A stretch of DNA of 64,000 nt from positions 77,529 to 141,528 of the forward strand of contig CACJJI010000004.1 of the NCBI GenBank assembly GCA_902593675.1. The letters are read 5' to 3'. The position numbers and the translations under genes were made by a program. Shown in pieces: positions 8,843 through 18,679 of this stretch (position 1 is the stretch's first letter; the number at the start of each line of letters is the position of its first letter). Source of the DNA: an uncultured SAR86 cluster bacterium (GTDB taxonomy: Bacteria > Pseudomonadota > Gammaproteobacteria > Magnimaribacterales > D2472). The notes beneath the pieces are model-generated. The model searched no databases and was not told the origin of the DNA. It saw nothing but the letters and a program-made list of their open reading frames with translations.

Positions 8843-9736
8843 ATGCTCCATGTTCCAGTTCTGCTGGAAGAATCATTAGATTTCTTGCTCCATGATTTGT
8901 CTGGAACTTATCTAGATTTAACTTTTGGACGAGGCAGCCACTCTCAAGAAATATTAAACAGAATTTCTCCTCAAGGGTCACTGCATGCTGTTGACAGGGA
9001 TCAAGAGGCAGTCTCATATGGAAAAGACAAGATAAAAGATCCACGTTTTAGTATTTACCACTCAAATTATTCTGCAATTGATTCACTATTTCCTCTCCAG
9101 CAATTTGATGGAATTTTATTAGATCTTGGTACCTGCTCAACTCATTTAGATAATCCAATAAGAGGTTTTAGCTTTCAAAGTGATGGACCTTTAGATATGA
9201 GAATGGATACATCTTCAGGTTTTAGCGCTGCTGAGTGGTTAAATAGAGCGCCTGAAAAAGAGATAAGTGATATTTTATATGAATATGGAGATGAAAAAGC
9301 ATCAAGAAAAATTGCAAAAGCTATAGTTCAGTTTAGAGCCACTAGGTTAATGAAAACTACATTTGAACTTACAAAAACCATTGAAACAGTTCTAAAAAGA
9401 ACTGGCAAAACCCATCCAGCAACAAAGTCATTTCAAGCCATAAGAATCCATGTAAACAATGAATTACATCATTTAAAAGTAGCACTATCAAAATTACATG
9501 ATGTTCTTAAAGCTGGCGGGGTTATAGTAATTATTTCATTCCACTCAATAGAAGATAGAATTGTAAAAAATTTTTTTAGACCTGAAATTAAAAGACTGCC
9601 CAAAGATATACCCATTAATACCTCAGTAAAAGAAACGTATAGGTGCATCCAGAAGAAAATAAAACCATCCACAAATGAAATAAAAATGAATCCTCGCTCT
9701 AGAAGCGCAATCATGAGAGTCTTTGCAAAGTTATGA
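8843..9736 (+). CDS. rsmH: 16S rRNA m4C1402 methyltransferase
   Basis: HVPVLL, DLTFGRGSHS, DGPLDMRMD, HPATKSFQAIRI, NPRSRSA. Confidence 0.97.
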   Translation: MLHVPVLLEESLDFLLHDLSGTYLDLTFGRGSHSQEILNRISPQGSLHAVDRDQEAVSYGKDKIKDPRFSIYHSNYSAIDSLFPLQQFDGILLDLGTCSTHLDNPIRGFSFQSDGPLDMRMDTSSGFSAAEWLNRAPEKEISDILYEYGDEKASRKIAKAIVQFRATRLMKTTFELTKTIETVLKRTGKTHPATKSFQAIRIHVNNELHHLKVALSKLHDVLKAGGVIVIISFHSIEDRIVKNFFRPEIKRLPKDIPINTSVKETYRCIQKKIKPSTNEIKMNPRSRSAIMRVFAKL

Positions 9737-10008
9737 AACAAAATATCTTTGTATATTTCTTATTGATAAATATTCTTCTTTTACTCTGTCTATGCTTGGA
9801 GATTATTAAAATCAGATGGCAATTTAGTCAAGAATATGAAAATAATGCTTATCTTCAAGTTGCAAATAATAAATTAATTGAAATAAATTTTAATTTGAAA
9901 ACTGAATACTATCACTTAAGTTCTCCGGCTAAAGTTGAACGTCATGCCAAGGAAATTTTAAATATGGTGGAGATTTCCAAAGCAACTATCATAAATTATG
10001 AAAAATAA
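9733..10008 (+). CDS. ftsL: Cell division protein FtsL
   Basis: TM helix plus coiled coil, LSSPAKVERHAKEILNM; between rsmH and ftsI. Confidence 0.8.
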   Translation: MKQNIFVYFLLINILLLLCLCLEIIKIRWQFSQEYENNAYLQVANNKLIEINFNLKTEYYHLSSPAKVERHAKEILNMVEISKATIINYEK

Positions 10009-11602
10009 TTTTGGTTATAGCTGGCGGGCATACTTAATATATATATTTTTAGCCATCAGCCTATTTATTTTAGTTTTTAGAATAATAAGCCTTAAATATA
10101 TTGAAGGAGATTTCCTAACATCCAAGGGAAAGAGCATGCTTGAGACTTCTAGGTCAATTCCCGCAATTCGCGGGAGTATATTAGATAGAAATAATTTTCC
10201 TCTAGCAGTATCAATCAATCAATATGATTTATATGCTTTAAAACAATTTTCAGAGGAAGATTTTAATAAATTAAAAAATTTTCTGTTTTTAAATAAAGAT
10301 TTTTCAGCTATAAAAAAACTTAATAAAAAAAACCTAATTTTTTCTAATCTAAATTTCTCACAATATGAGCATGTAAAAAGTCTCAAACTTTCTGGTATTG
10401 AAATTGAATCCTTGCAAAAAAGGTATTATCCACTGGGCGAGCAGGTATCCACATTGATTGGATTTGCTGGAAAAGATGGGTTTGGCCTTGAGGGACTTGA
10501 AAATATCATGGATGCTGAATTATCTGGAGTGTCAGGCGAAGAAATTATTTATAGAAATGCAAGCAGGAGACCCCAGGTGATTCAAGAGGCTATGCAAGGT
10601 CTCGATATTAAGTTAACTATTGATAGTAGGATTCAGTTTTATGCTTATAAGCATCTTTCAAGCTTTGTTGAAGCCAATAATGCAAATGGGGGGAGCGCGA
10701 TAGTGTTGGATAATATATCTGGAGAAATTTTAGCAATAGCTAGTTATCCTTCATACAATCCTAACAGCCCCAAAAGACAGATTAAGAGAAATAGGGCTTT
10801 GGTTGATGCATTTGAGCCTGGCTCAATTATTAAACCATTAGCTTTAGCCAAAGGTATTGATATGGGAATAGTCTCTAAAAATCAGGTAATAGATACAAGC
10901 CCAGGATTTATAAATTTGAGTGGTAGGACAATATCTGATCCAACAAACTATCAAAACCTTACTCCGAGTGAAATTATTGCAAAATCAAGCCAAGTTGGAG
11001 CTTCAAAACTAGCTTTGCAAGTTGGAATAGAGGGATTGATTTCAGGTTACAAAGGATTTGGCCTTTCCAAGCCTCCCAATATTTTTTTTCCTAGCATTGC
11101 GTATGGTGTTATCAATTCTAGGGAGAATATCTCTGATCATGAGATCGCAAGTATTGGATTTGGGTACAGCATGACCGCTTCATCTTTGCAATTAGCTCAA
11201 GCATATTCAGTTTTTGCTAATGAAGGATATCTTAAAGATTTTAAAATTTTTTTGGATGATATTGAAGTTTATAAGAAGAGAGTAATAGGCAAAGATGCTG
11301 CTGCTGATGTATTAGAGTCGTTAAAATTAGTTGTATCAGACGGAACTGGAAACCTTGCAAGAATATCAAATTATGATGTTGCAGGAAAAACAGGCACAAC
11401 TCATAAAGCTAGCTCAAAGGGTGGATATGATCAAAGCAAATATATATCGTCTTTTGCAGGAATTGCGCCATTAACATCCAAAAGGCTTACAATTTTTGTC
11501 AGCATTGATGAGCCAGGGCTAAATAATTATTCCGGTGGTGCTGTAGCTGCTCCATTATTTGCAGCTATTTCCAGCGATGTCTTGAGTTATCTGAATGAAT
11601 AA
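9998..11602 (+). CDS. ftsI: Penicillin-binding protein 3 (septal transpeptidase)
   Basis: RGSILDRN, RYYPLGE, GLEGLE, EPGSIIKP (SxxK), GKTGT. Confidence 0.94.
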   Translation: MKNNFGYSWRAYLIYIFLAISLFILVFRIISLKYIEGDFLTSKGKSMLETSRSIPAIRGSILDRNNFPLAVSINQYDLYALKQFSEEDFNKLKNFLFLNKDFSAIKKLNKKNLIFSNLNFSQYEHVKSLKLSGIEIESLQKRYYPLGEQVSTLIGFAGKDGFGLEGLENIMDAELSGVSGEEIIYRNASRRPQVIQEAMQGLDIKLTIDSRIQFYAYKHLSSFVEANNANGGSAIVLDNISGEILAIASYPSYNPNSPKRQIKRNRALVDAFEPGSIIKPLALAKGIDMGIVSKNQVIDTSPGFINLSGRTISDPTNYQNLTPSEIIAKSSQVGASKLALQVGIEGLISGYKGFGLSKPPNIFFPSIAYGVINSRENISDHEIASIGFGYSMTASSLQLAQAYSVFANEGYLKDFKIFLDDIEVYKKRVIGKDAAADVLESLKLVVSDGTGNLARISNYDVAGKTGTTHKASSKGGYDQSKYISSFAGIAPLTSKRLTIFVSIDEPGLNNYSGGAVAAPLFAAISSDVLSYLNE

Positions 11603-13055
11603 ATTATTTACAATTAAACCTTTCATTAATACAAATGAGTTTGATGGTCTTTTTATCTCATCCATTACTGATGATTCTAGAGACGTTCAAGAGAATTCTT
11701 TATTTATTGCAAGGCAGGGGGTGGATTCACACGGAAATGAATTTATTAGAGATGCTGTTCAAAAGGGAGCATCCTGCATTATTACCGATCAAAAATTAAA
11801 TGAAGAGATTGATATACCAATTCATTGCTTAGATCACCTGGAAGACAAGATCTTGGAAATCCTTTTTAGCTTTTATGATTTATCTGAGGATGACTTTATC
11901 TTTCATGGTGTAACAGGCACTAACGGGAAAACAACAACAGCATTCATGGCTCATAATATTATCAGAGCTCTTAAAAAACCCTCAGTCTACATTGGTACTT
12001 TGGGAGCTATAATTAATGATGATATTTTGGAGACAAAAGGTAACACGACGCCTGGGATATTTGAGATATTTCAAATTTTGCAGACATGTAGATTTAAGCA
12101 AAAAACATATATCTTCATTGAGATTTCTTCTCATGCATTAGCGCAAAAAAGGTTAGGGAATCTGCCTTTTTCACAAACATTGCTTCTCAATATTCAATCT
12201 GATCATCTTGATTATCATAAAACAGAATCAAATTACATTAATGCGAAATTATCCATTACAGAACTTAATAATAAAAATCCTACAATTATTTTTGTAGATA
12301 AAATTCAAGACTTGCTTGAAAGTTTTTCTGATGACCAAAAAAAACAACTTTCAAAATCACAATTCTTAAGTTCAACTGATACTTCAGCAGCATTAAAGTA
12401 TTCCCTTGAGTACAATCCAAGTGGAGACTCACATATAAAATTGAGCTTTCCTAATTTACGCTTAGATGTTCAGGTTGAATTATTTCTTAAATTTAATGTA
12501 GAGAATTATATTTCAGCCATTGCGCTAATTTCAGACCAAATCTCTTTGGATGAATTTGAGATTGTTAGAAATAATACAATCAAGCTCCCCCAAGGAAGAG
12601 GTGAGATTTTAAGATTAAGAGAAGGGAATATATTGATTGATTTTGCTCATGACCATCAATCTATCCAAAATATTCTTTCTGAATTAGCCAATTATCACGA
12701 TGAAATAATTTTAGTTTTTGGATGTGGAGGAGATCGAGATAGGTCTAAAAGATCTATGATGATGAAGGTGGCTCAAGATTTTGCCAGCAAAGTATTCTTC
12801 ACATCTGATAACAATCGTTACGAATCTTTTACTTCAATTGCTAACGATGCAATGGCTGGAAATTCTTATGCAAGTATTGAAATTTTAGAGGATAGGCAGG
12901 AAGCTATCAGCTTAGCAATTCAATACTTAAATAAGGAAAATATATTGGTAATATTGGGTAAAGGTCATGAGACCTATATGGATGTATCTGGAAAAAAAGT
13001 ACCATTTAATGACAAAAATTGTGTTCTAGAAATTTTAGGCAATGAAACTAATTAA
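11595..13055 (+). CDS. murE: UDP-MurNAc-tripeptide synthetase
   Basis: GVTGTNGKTT, EISSHAL, DHLDYH, DFAH, FGCGGDRD, GKGHE. Confidence 0.95.
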   Translation: MNKLFTIKPFINTNEFDGLFISSITDDSRDVQENSLFIARQGVDSHGNEFIRDAVQKGASCIITDQKLNEEIDIPIHCLDHLEDKILEILFSFYDLSEDDFIFHGVTGTNGKTTTAFMAHNIIRALKKPSVYIGTLGAIINDDILETKGNTTPGIFEIFQILQTCRFKQKTYIFIEISSHALAQKRLGNLPFSQTLLLNIQSDHLDYHKTESNYINAKLSITELNNKNPTIIFVDKIQDLLESFSDDQKKQLSKSQFLSSTDTSAALKYSLEYNPSGDSHIKLSFPNLRLDVQVELFLKFNVENYISAIALISDQISLDEFEIVRNNTIKLPQGRGEILRLREGNILIDFAHDHQSIQNILSELANYHDEIILVFGCGGDRDRSKRSMMMKVAQDFASKVFFTSDNNRYESFTSIANDAMAGNSYASIEILEDRQEAISLAIQYLNKENILVILGKGHETYMDVSGKKVPFNDKNCVLEILGNETN

Positions 13056-14388
13056 CAATACAAAAGATTTATTAACTCTCCTTCACCTTGATGGTGAATC
13101 AAATTTACCAATTAGTAATTTCCAAATAGATTCAAGGAAAGTAGAAAAGAATTCAGTTTTTTTTGGTCTGACTGGCTCAAAAGAAGATGGCAGCTTTTAT
13201 GCGGAAGATGCAATTAAAAAAGGAGCATCTTTAGCAATTATAAGAAAGAGCAAAACTTCAAATTCTATGGCTTATTCACCAAAAATTATTTCAGTTAAAA
13301 GCCCTGAAGAATGCTTGATTAGTTCTGCCGAGATGGCAATTGAAAGATACAAAGGGATAGTAATTGGGGTTACTGGTAGCAATGGAAAAACAACAACCAA
13401 AACCATTTTAAATACTTGTATAAAAAATAGTTATGGCACTTTCCAAAACTACAATAATGAAATTGGTTTACCGCTGTGTGCTTTGGAACTTGATTCAGAA
13501 AATAGCACAGCAATTTTTGAGATGGGTGCAGCAAAACTAGGCGATATAGATCTGCTATCAAAAATAATTAAGCCAAATATTGGCATTATTACCCACATAG
13601 GACATTCTCATTTAGAGGGATTAAACTCAGTTAAGGGAGTCCTTCGGGTAAAGTCTGAGCTTATAAAAAATATCAAAACAAATGGCTCAGCCATTGTTCC
13701 AAATGGTCAATATGTTGATTACTGGAAAAAAATGAGGAACGACATTGTCTTTTATACTTTTGGCCAAGAGCCTTCAGCATCCTTTTTCCCAACTCAAATT
13801 AAGATGACAAAAGAAGGCCTATCCTTTTTTATTGAATCAACTCACTTAAAGAAAAAAGTCCAAATCAAAACAAAACTTATAGGAATGCATAATGTATTAA
13901 ATATTCTTGCTTCTTTTGCAGCAATTTATGCTGCTCGGTTAAATGCAAAGGACTTTACAGATGGCTTGAGAGGACTCAAGAATTCACCTCAGCGTTTAGA
14001 TTTAAAATTATGGGTGAAGCAATCAACGGTTATCGACGACTCATATAATGCCAATCCTGACTCTATGAGAGCTGCATTAGATGTTTTGTGCCAATTCCAA
14101 GGAAGAAAGGTTGCAATCCTTGGAGATATGAGAGAGTTGGGGAGATTTAGGAAAAAACTACACATTGACTTGGGAGACTATGCCAAAATACATGGGGTAG
14201 ATTGTTTGATTGGATATGGAGATTTAATCCGTCATACAGTATTTGCATTTGGTAATAATGGTTTTTTCTTTAAACATAAGCTTGAGTTAATAAATTTTTT
14301 GAAAAAAAATCTTAAAGGAAAAGAGAAAATACTATTAAAAGGCTCAAGATCAATGCGAATGGAAGAAATTCTAAACTTATGGAAATAA
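13042..14388 (+). CDS. murF: UDP-MurNAc-pentapeptide ligase
   Basis: GVTGSNGKTTTK, NYNNEIGLP, IDDSYNANPDSM, LLKGSR. Confidence 0.96.
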   Translation: MKLINNTKDLLTLLHLDGESNLPISNFQIDSRKVEKNSVFFGLTGSKEDGSFYAEDAIKKGASLAIIRKSKTSNSMAYSPKIISVKSPEECLISSAEMAIERYKGIVIGVTGSNGKTTTKTILNTCIKNSYGTFQNYNNEIGLPLCALELDSENSTAIFEMGAAKLGDIDLLSKIIKPNIGIITHIGHSHLEGLNSVKGVLRVKSELIKNIKTNGSAIVPNGQYVDYWKKMRNDIVFYTFGQEPSASFFPTQIKMTKEGLSFFIESTHLKKKVQIKTKLIGMHNVLNILASFAAIYAARLNAKDFTDGLRGLKNSPQRLDLKLWVKQSTVIDDSYNANPDSMRAALDVLCQFQGRKVAILGDMRELGRFRKKLHIDLGDYAKIHGVDCLIGYGDLIRHTVFAFGNNGFFFKHKLELINFLKKNLKGKEKILLKGSRSMRMEEILNLWK

Positions 14389-14389
14389 T

Positions 14390-15475
14390 ATGATCGAATT
14401 ATTTGGCACTTGGTTAATGACATATGATTCTGGCTTCGATGTCCTGCGTTATTTAACTGTAAGAACTATTGGGGGAACCCTTACAGCGCTAATGCTATCA
14501 ATTTTTCTTGGCCCAACTTTAATTAGATTTTTAAGAAATATTCAGTTCTCACAATCCATCAGGGGAGATGGACCTGAGTCACATCTTGCAAAGACTGGCA
14601 CACCCACAATGGGAGGTTTAATTATTATCTTCTCATTAATTATTTCAACATTGCTCTGGTCAGATTTTAACAATCCATACATATGGATTCTTATATTTAT
14701 TACCGTCTCGTTTAGCTCTATAGGATTTTTAGATGACTGGTTAAAAATAAAGGAAAAAAACTCAAAAGGCTTAAAAGGAAAATATAAGCTTATTTTGCAA
14801 TTTCTTTTTGCTTTGTTCTCAATGTTATTTATGTTGCAGGTTTCCCCTGATGGAAATGAACAAATTTTTATTTTGCCTTTTAATAAAGAATACATATTTA
14901 TAATTTCGCCTTTGATTTTTCTGTTAATTAGCATTTTTGTAATCATTGGTTCGTCTAATGCAGTTAATCTAACTGATGGTTTAGATGGGCTAGCAATTCT
15001 GCCATCAGTCCTGATAGCTGGTGGTCTTGGCCTAATTGCTTATGCATCTGGAAATTTAATCATCTCTGATTATTTATTCATACCATTTAACCCGCTTAGT
15101 GGAGAGTTAATTGTGTTTTGTGGAGCCTTGATCGGAGCTGGAATAGGTTTTCTTTGGTACAACACATATCCTGCTCAGATATTTATGGGAGATTTAGGAT
15201 CTTTAACACTTGGTGGAATCTTAGGGACCCTGGCAGTTTTAATAAGACATGAGATAGTATTTGCAATTATGGCAGGAGTTTTTGTGATGGAAACTTTGAG
15301 CGTTATTATCCAAGTGGGCTCATATAAATTAAGAGGTAAGAGAGTTTTTTTGATGGCGCCAATTCATCACCATTTTGAATTAAAAGGCTGGGCTGAACCA
15401 AAAGTTATTGTTCGATTTTGGATTATAACTTTTGTGCTTGTCTTATTTGCACTTGCAACCTTAAAGCTCAGATAA
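14390..15475 (+). CDS. mraY: Phospho-MurNAc-pentapeptide transferase
   Basis: KTGTPTMGG, GFLDD, SNAVNLTDGLDGL, FMGDLGSL, MAPIHHHFE. Confidence 0.98.
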   Translation: MIELFGTWLMTYDSGFDVLRYLTVRTIGGTLTALMLSIFLGPTLIRFLRNIQFSQSIRGDGPESHLAKTGTPTMGGLIIIFSLIISTLLWSDFNNPYIWILIFITVSFSSIGFLDDWLKIKEKNSKGLKGKYKLILQFLFALFSMLFMLQVSPDGNEQIFILPFNKEYIFIISPLIFLLISIFVIIGSSNAVNLTDGLDGLAILPSVLIAGGLGLIAYASGNLIISDYLFIPFNPLSGELIVFCGALIGAGIGFLWYNTYPAQIFMGDLGSLTLGGILGTLAVLIRHEIVFAIMAGVFVMETLSVIIQVGSYKLRGKRVFLMAPIHHHFELKGWAEPKVIVRFWIITFVLVLFALATLKLR

Positions 15476-15481
15476 CCCTCA

Positions 15482-16543
15482 ATGAAAGCCCTTATTTTTG
15501 GTTATGGAGTTACAGGCCAATCCATAGAAAGGTATTTGAAAAAAAAAGGTATAGCTTACGAAATCTATGACCAAAATGTGAAAGGGCCTAATATTTTTAA
15601 TAAATTGCCTAATCAAAAAAAATTAAATTCCTATGAGATAGTTTATTTAAGTCCTGGAATCAATATAAAGAAAATATATGCAAATGGAGAATTTAATAAA
15701 ATTGCATATTTAACTGATATAGATATTTTTTTTCAAGAGGATAAGTCTTACAAAATTGGAATTACTGGTACTAATGGAAAAAGTACTTGCTGTTATCACT
15801 TGCATCAGCTTTTAGAAGATTCTCAATTAGTTGGTAATATTGGTAAGCCAGTATTGGATAATATTAATTCTTGTCAATATTCAATAATTGAGCTTTCTAG
15901 CTTTCAGCTTGAGAAGATGAAAGAGATTCAGCTAGATTTAGGAGTTCTTTTAAATATTTCTCCTGATCATATTGATCATCATCTAAATTTTGAAGAGTAT
16001 AAGAAAGTTAAAAATAGAATTAAAGAATCAAAAAAAACAACGGAAGAGTCTGATCCAAGAAAATTATGGTCGATGATTACTGGCAGACCTCAAAGATTAG
16101 TGCAAGATATTCAGTTAAAAGATTTGCCCCATAGGTATCAGTTCATAGTAAGGCATGATCAAACGGTATTTATCAATGATTCTAAGGCAACTAATTTGAC
16201 TGCACTAAAATTTGCATTAAACAAAATGTCTAACCCTTATGTATTGATCCTTTGCGGAGATCCATATAAAGAGCAATATGAAAGCTATGAAATTGAAGGC
16301 CCAATAAAGGTTTACATTTTTGGAAATCATGCAGAAGAGATATCTAGAAAAATATTTCATCCAAAAAAAATATTGTTCCACAATCAAGATCTTTCATCAG
16401 TAATGAGATCCATATTTAAAGAAAAATATGATTCTCAAACTCATATACTTTTTTCACCTGGTCATCCAAGCGGTCAAGATTATAAAAACTTTGAAGAACG
16501 AGGAGATCATTTTATAAGGCTTGCACTGAGTTCAAATGATTGA
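15482..16543 (+). CDS. murD: UDP-MurNAc-L-Ala:D-Glu ligase (compact)
   Basis: ITGTNGKST, IELSSFQL, NDSKATN, LFSPG, NFEERG. Confidence 0.92.
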   Translation: MKALIFGYGVTGQSIERYLKKKGIAYEIYDQNVKGPNIFNKLPNQKKLNSYEIVYLSPGINIKKIYANGEFNKIAYLTDIDIFFQEDKSYKIGITGTNGKSTCCYHLHQLLEDSQLVGNIGKPVLDNINSCQYSIIELSSFQLEKMKEIQLDLGVLLNISPDHIDHHLNFEEYKKVKNRIKESKKTTEESDPRKLWSMITGRPQRLVQDIQLKDLPHRYQFIVRHDQTVFINDSKATNLTALKFALNKMSNPYVLILCGDPYKEQYESYEIEGPIKVYIFGNHAEEISRKIFHPKKILFHNQDLSSVMRSIFKEKYDSQTHILFSPGHPSGQDYKNFEERGDHFIRLALSSND

Positions 16544-17639
16544 CCGCGACAACATATTAATTGTTCTTCCATATCTTTCTTTGTTGTTTATTGGTCTGAT
16601 GATGGTTGCATCTGCAAGCATTTATGTTTCTGAGGATATTTATGGGACTCCTTTTCATTTCGCGTCAAGGCAAATAATCTTTTTTATCATTGGTGTCTTT
16701 GCAACAATTATTGCTTTAAGTACCCCATCAAATTTATTTTTAACATTAGATTGGGTGATTTTAATTGGCTCTTTTATATTACTTATTGCTCTTTTTTTTC
16801 CTGGCGTGGGCACAGAAGTCAATGGAAGTCTGCGATGGATTAGAATTGGCCCAATAAATATTCAACCCTCAGAAGTAAGCAAGATTGCTTTAGTTATATA
16901 TATTTCAGGCTATTGTGTTAGAAGACTAAGTGAAATTAATACTTCATTGGGTTTTTTAAGGCCGTTGGCTGTTTTGGCTCTTTTTGGGCTATTAATTATG
17001 TCCCAACCTGATCTTGGATCAACACTTGTAATAGGAGCTTTGGTTATAGCAATATTGTTTTTTGCAGGAATTTCATTTTTACAGTTCTCACTATTAATCT
17101 TGCTTATGGCGGGATTGGCTGCTATTGCTGTATACCTAGAGCCTTATAGGTACATAAGATTTATTTCATTTACTGAGCCGTTTGAAAATTTTTATGGACC
17201 AGGATGGCAGTTATCAAATGCACTACTAGGCATCGGGAGGGGTGATTGGTTTGGTCTAGGTTTGGGGAATGGTTTGCAAAAAAATTTATATTTACCCGAG
17301 CCACATACTGATTTTATTTTTGCTGTAATTGTTGAAGAATTTGGATTAGTTGGAGGATTATTGGTAATTTTTTTATTTGCTTTATTAATTCTTGGCATTA
17401 TTAAGACATCAATAAAAGCACTAGAGCTAGGCAAGTTATTTCAAGGATTGCTTACTTTTGGAGCAGGTATTTTGATTGCAATACAAGTAGTGTTTAATAT
17501 AGGAGTAAATCTTGGAATCTTGCCAACAAAAGGTTTAACTCTTCCTTTTATAAGCTATGGGGGCACAAGCTTAATTTTATTTATGTTTTTAATGGGCCTA
17601 GTTTTAAGAATTGATTTTGAAAATAAGACGATAAAGTAA
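16536..17639 (+). CDS. ftsW: SEDS peptidoglycan polymerase FtsW
   Basis: VNGSLRWI, IQPSE, QPDLG, YLPEPHTDFIF, PTKGLTLPFISYGG. Confidence 0.96.
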   Translation: MIDRDNILIVLPYLSLLFIGLMMVASASIYVSEDIYGTPFHFASRQIIFFIIGVFATIIALSTPSNLFLTLDWVILIGSFILLIALFFPGVGTEVNGSLRWIRIGPINIQPSEVSKIALVIYISGYCVRRLSEINTSLGFLRPLAVLALFGLLIMSQPDLGSTLVIGALVIAILFFAGISFLQFSLLILLMAGLAAIAVYLEPYRYIRFISFTEPFENFYGPGWQLSNALLGIGRGDWFGLGLGNGLQKNLYLPEPHTDFIFAVIVEEFGLVGGLLVIFLFALLILGIIKTSIKALELGKLFQGLLTFGAGILIAIQVVFNIGVNLGILPTKGLTLPFISYGGTSLILFMFLMGLVLRIDFENKTIK

Positions 17640-18679
17640 TGAAATTTTTAATTTCTGCAGCAGGAACAGGGGGTCATGTTTTTCCGGCACTACAATTTGC
17701 CAGAGAATGTATCAAAAATGATCATGAGGTTCTTTGGATTGGAACAAAAACTGGCATAGAAAATAGAGTCCTCCCTCAGAATATAAAACTTTTAACTATT
17801 CCTATGAAAGGGTTTAGAGGAAAAAATTTGATTTTTAAAATCACTTCCTTGATAGGTTTAATAGCTTCAATTTTCAAAAGTATTTTTTATATACAAAAAA
17901 ACAATATTGATTACATCGTTTGCTTCGGAGGATATATCTCTTTACCTGTCGGGTTATCGGCATGGATTTGCAGAAAACCTCTTTTCTTGCATGAGCAAAA
18001 TGCAATTATGGGAACATCTAATAAGATGTTAAAAAAATTTTCAAAAATAATTTTTTTAGGATTTTCAATTAATGAGCCGATTTCAAAAAAAATGATGCTG
18101 GTTGGAAATCCTATTCAACAGTTGACACCATCCTCTTTTATAAATCTAAATCATGAGCCTATAAGGATCTATATAACAGGTGGAAGTCAAGGTTCTGAAT
18201 TTATAAATAAAAATATACCTATTGCCTTAAATGAACTGAACATCCCATTAGAAGTTAAGCATCAATCTGGAAAAGGAAAATCATTAGGGATAAAAGAATT
18301 ATACTCAAGCAATATCTCTATAGAGGTAGAAGAGTTTTATGATTTACCCCATGAAGCAATTTTGTGGTCAGATTTTATTATTTCTAGAGCAGGCGCACTT
18401 TCTTTGTCAGAAGCCGTCAGTTTAAGAAGAGGATCTCTTATGATTCCATTGCCATCTGCAATTGATAATCATCAGCTTTTAAATGCTACATATATCTCAG
18501 ATTTAGATATGGGATTAGTCCATACTGAGCTTGAATCTGTTGAATCACTCTCCCACAAACTTAAACATATTATTGAAAAAAAGCTTTATTTGAAATGGTC
18601 AGAGACAAAGAGTGATTTAGACCATTTTCAAGCTGCAGGAACAATGCTAAGTTCAATTTTAAAATTTAAAAATATATGA
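17639..18679 (+). CDS. murG: Lipid II GlcNAc transferase
   Basis: AAGTGGHVFPA, FGGY, HEQN, GGSQGS, ISRAGA, HQLLNA. Confidence 0.96.
   Translation: MKFLISAAGTGGHVFPALQFARECIKNDHEVLWIGTKTGIENRVLPQNIKLLTIPMKGFRGKNLIFKITSLIGLIASIFKSIFYIQKNNIDYIVCFGGYISLPVGLSAWICRKPLFLHEQNAIMGTSNKMLKKFSKIIFLGFSINEPISKKMMLVGNPIQQLTPSSFINLNHEPIRIYITGGSQGSEFINKNIPIALNELNIPLEVKHQSGKGKSLGIKELYSSNISIEVEEFYDLPHEAILWSDFIISRAGALSLSEAVSLRRGSLMIPLPSAIDNHQLLNATYISDLDMGLVHTELESVESLSHKLKHIIEKKLYLKWSETKSDLDHFQAAGTMLSSILKFKNI

Noticed and set aside
12800-12825. MurE DNNR instead of DNPR as a sign of altered stem-peptide specificity
   Set aside because: The Asp, Asn and Arg that determine meso-DAP recognition are retained, and dapA is present.
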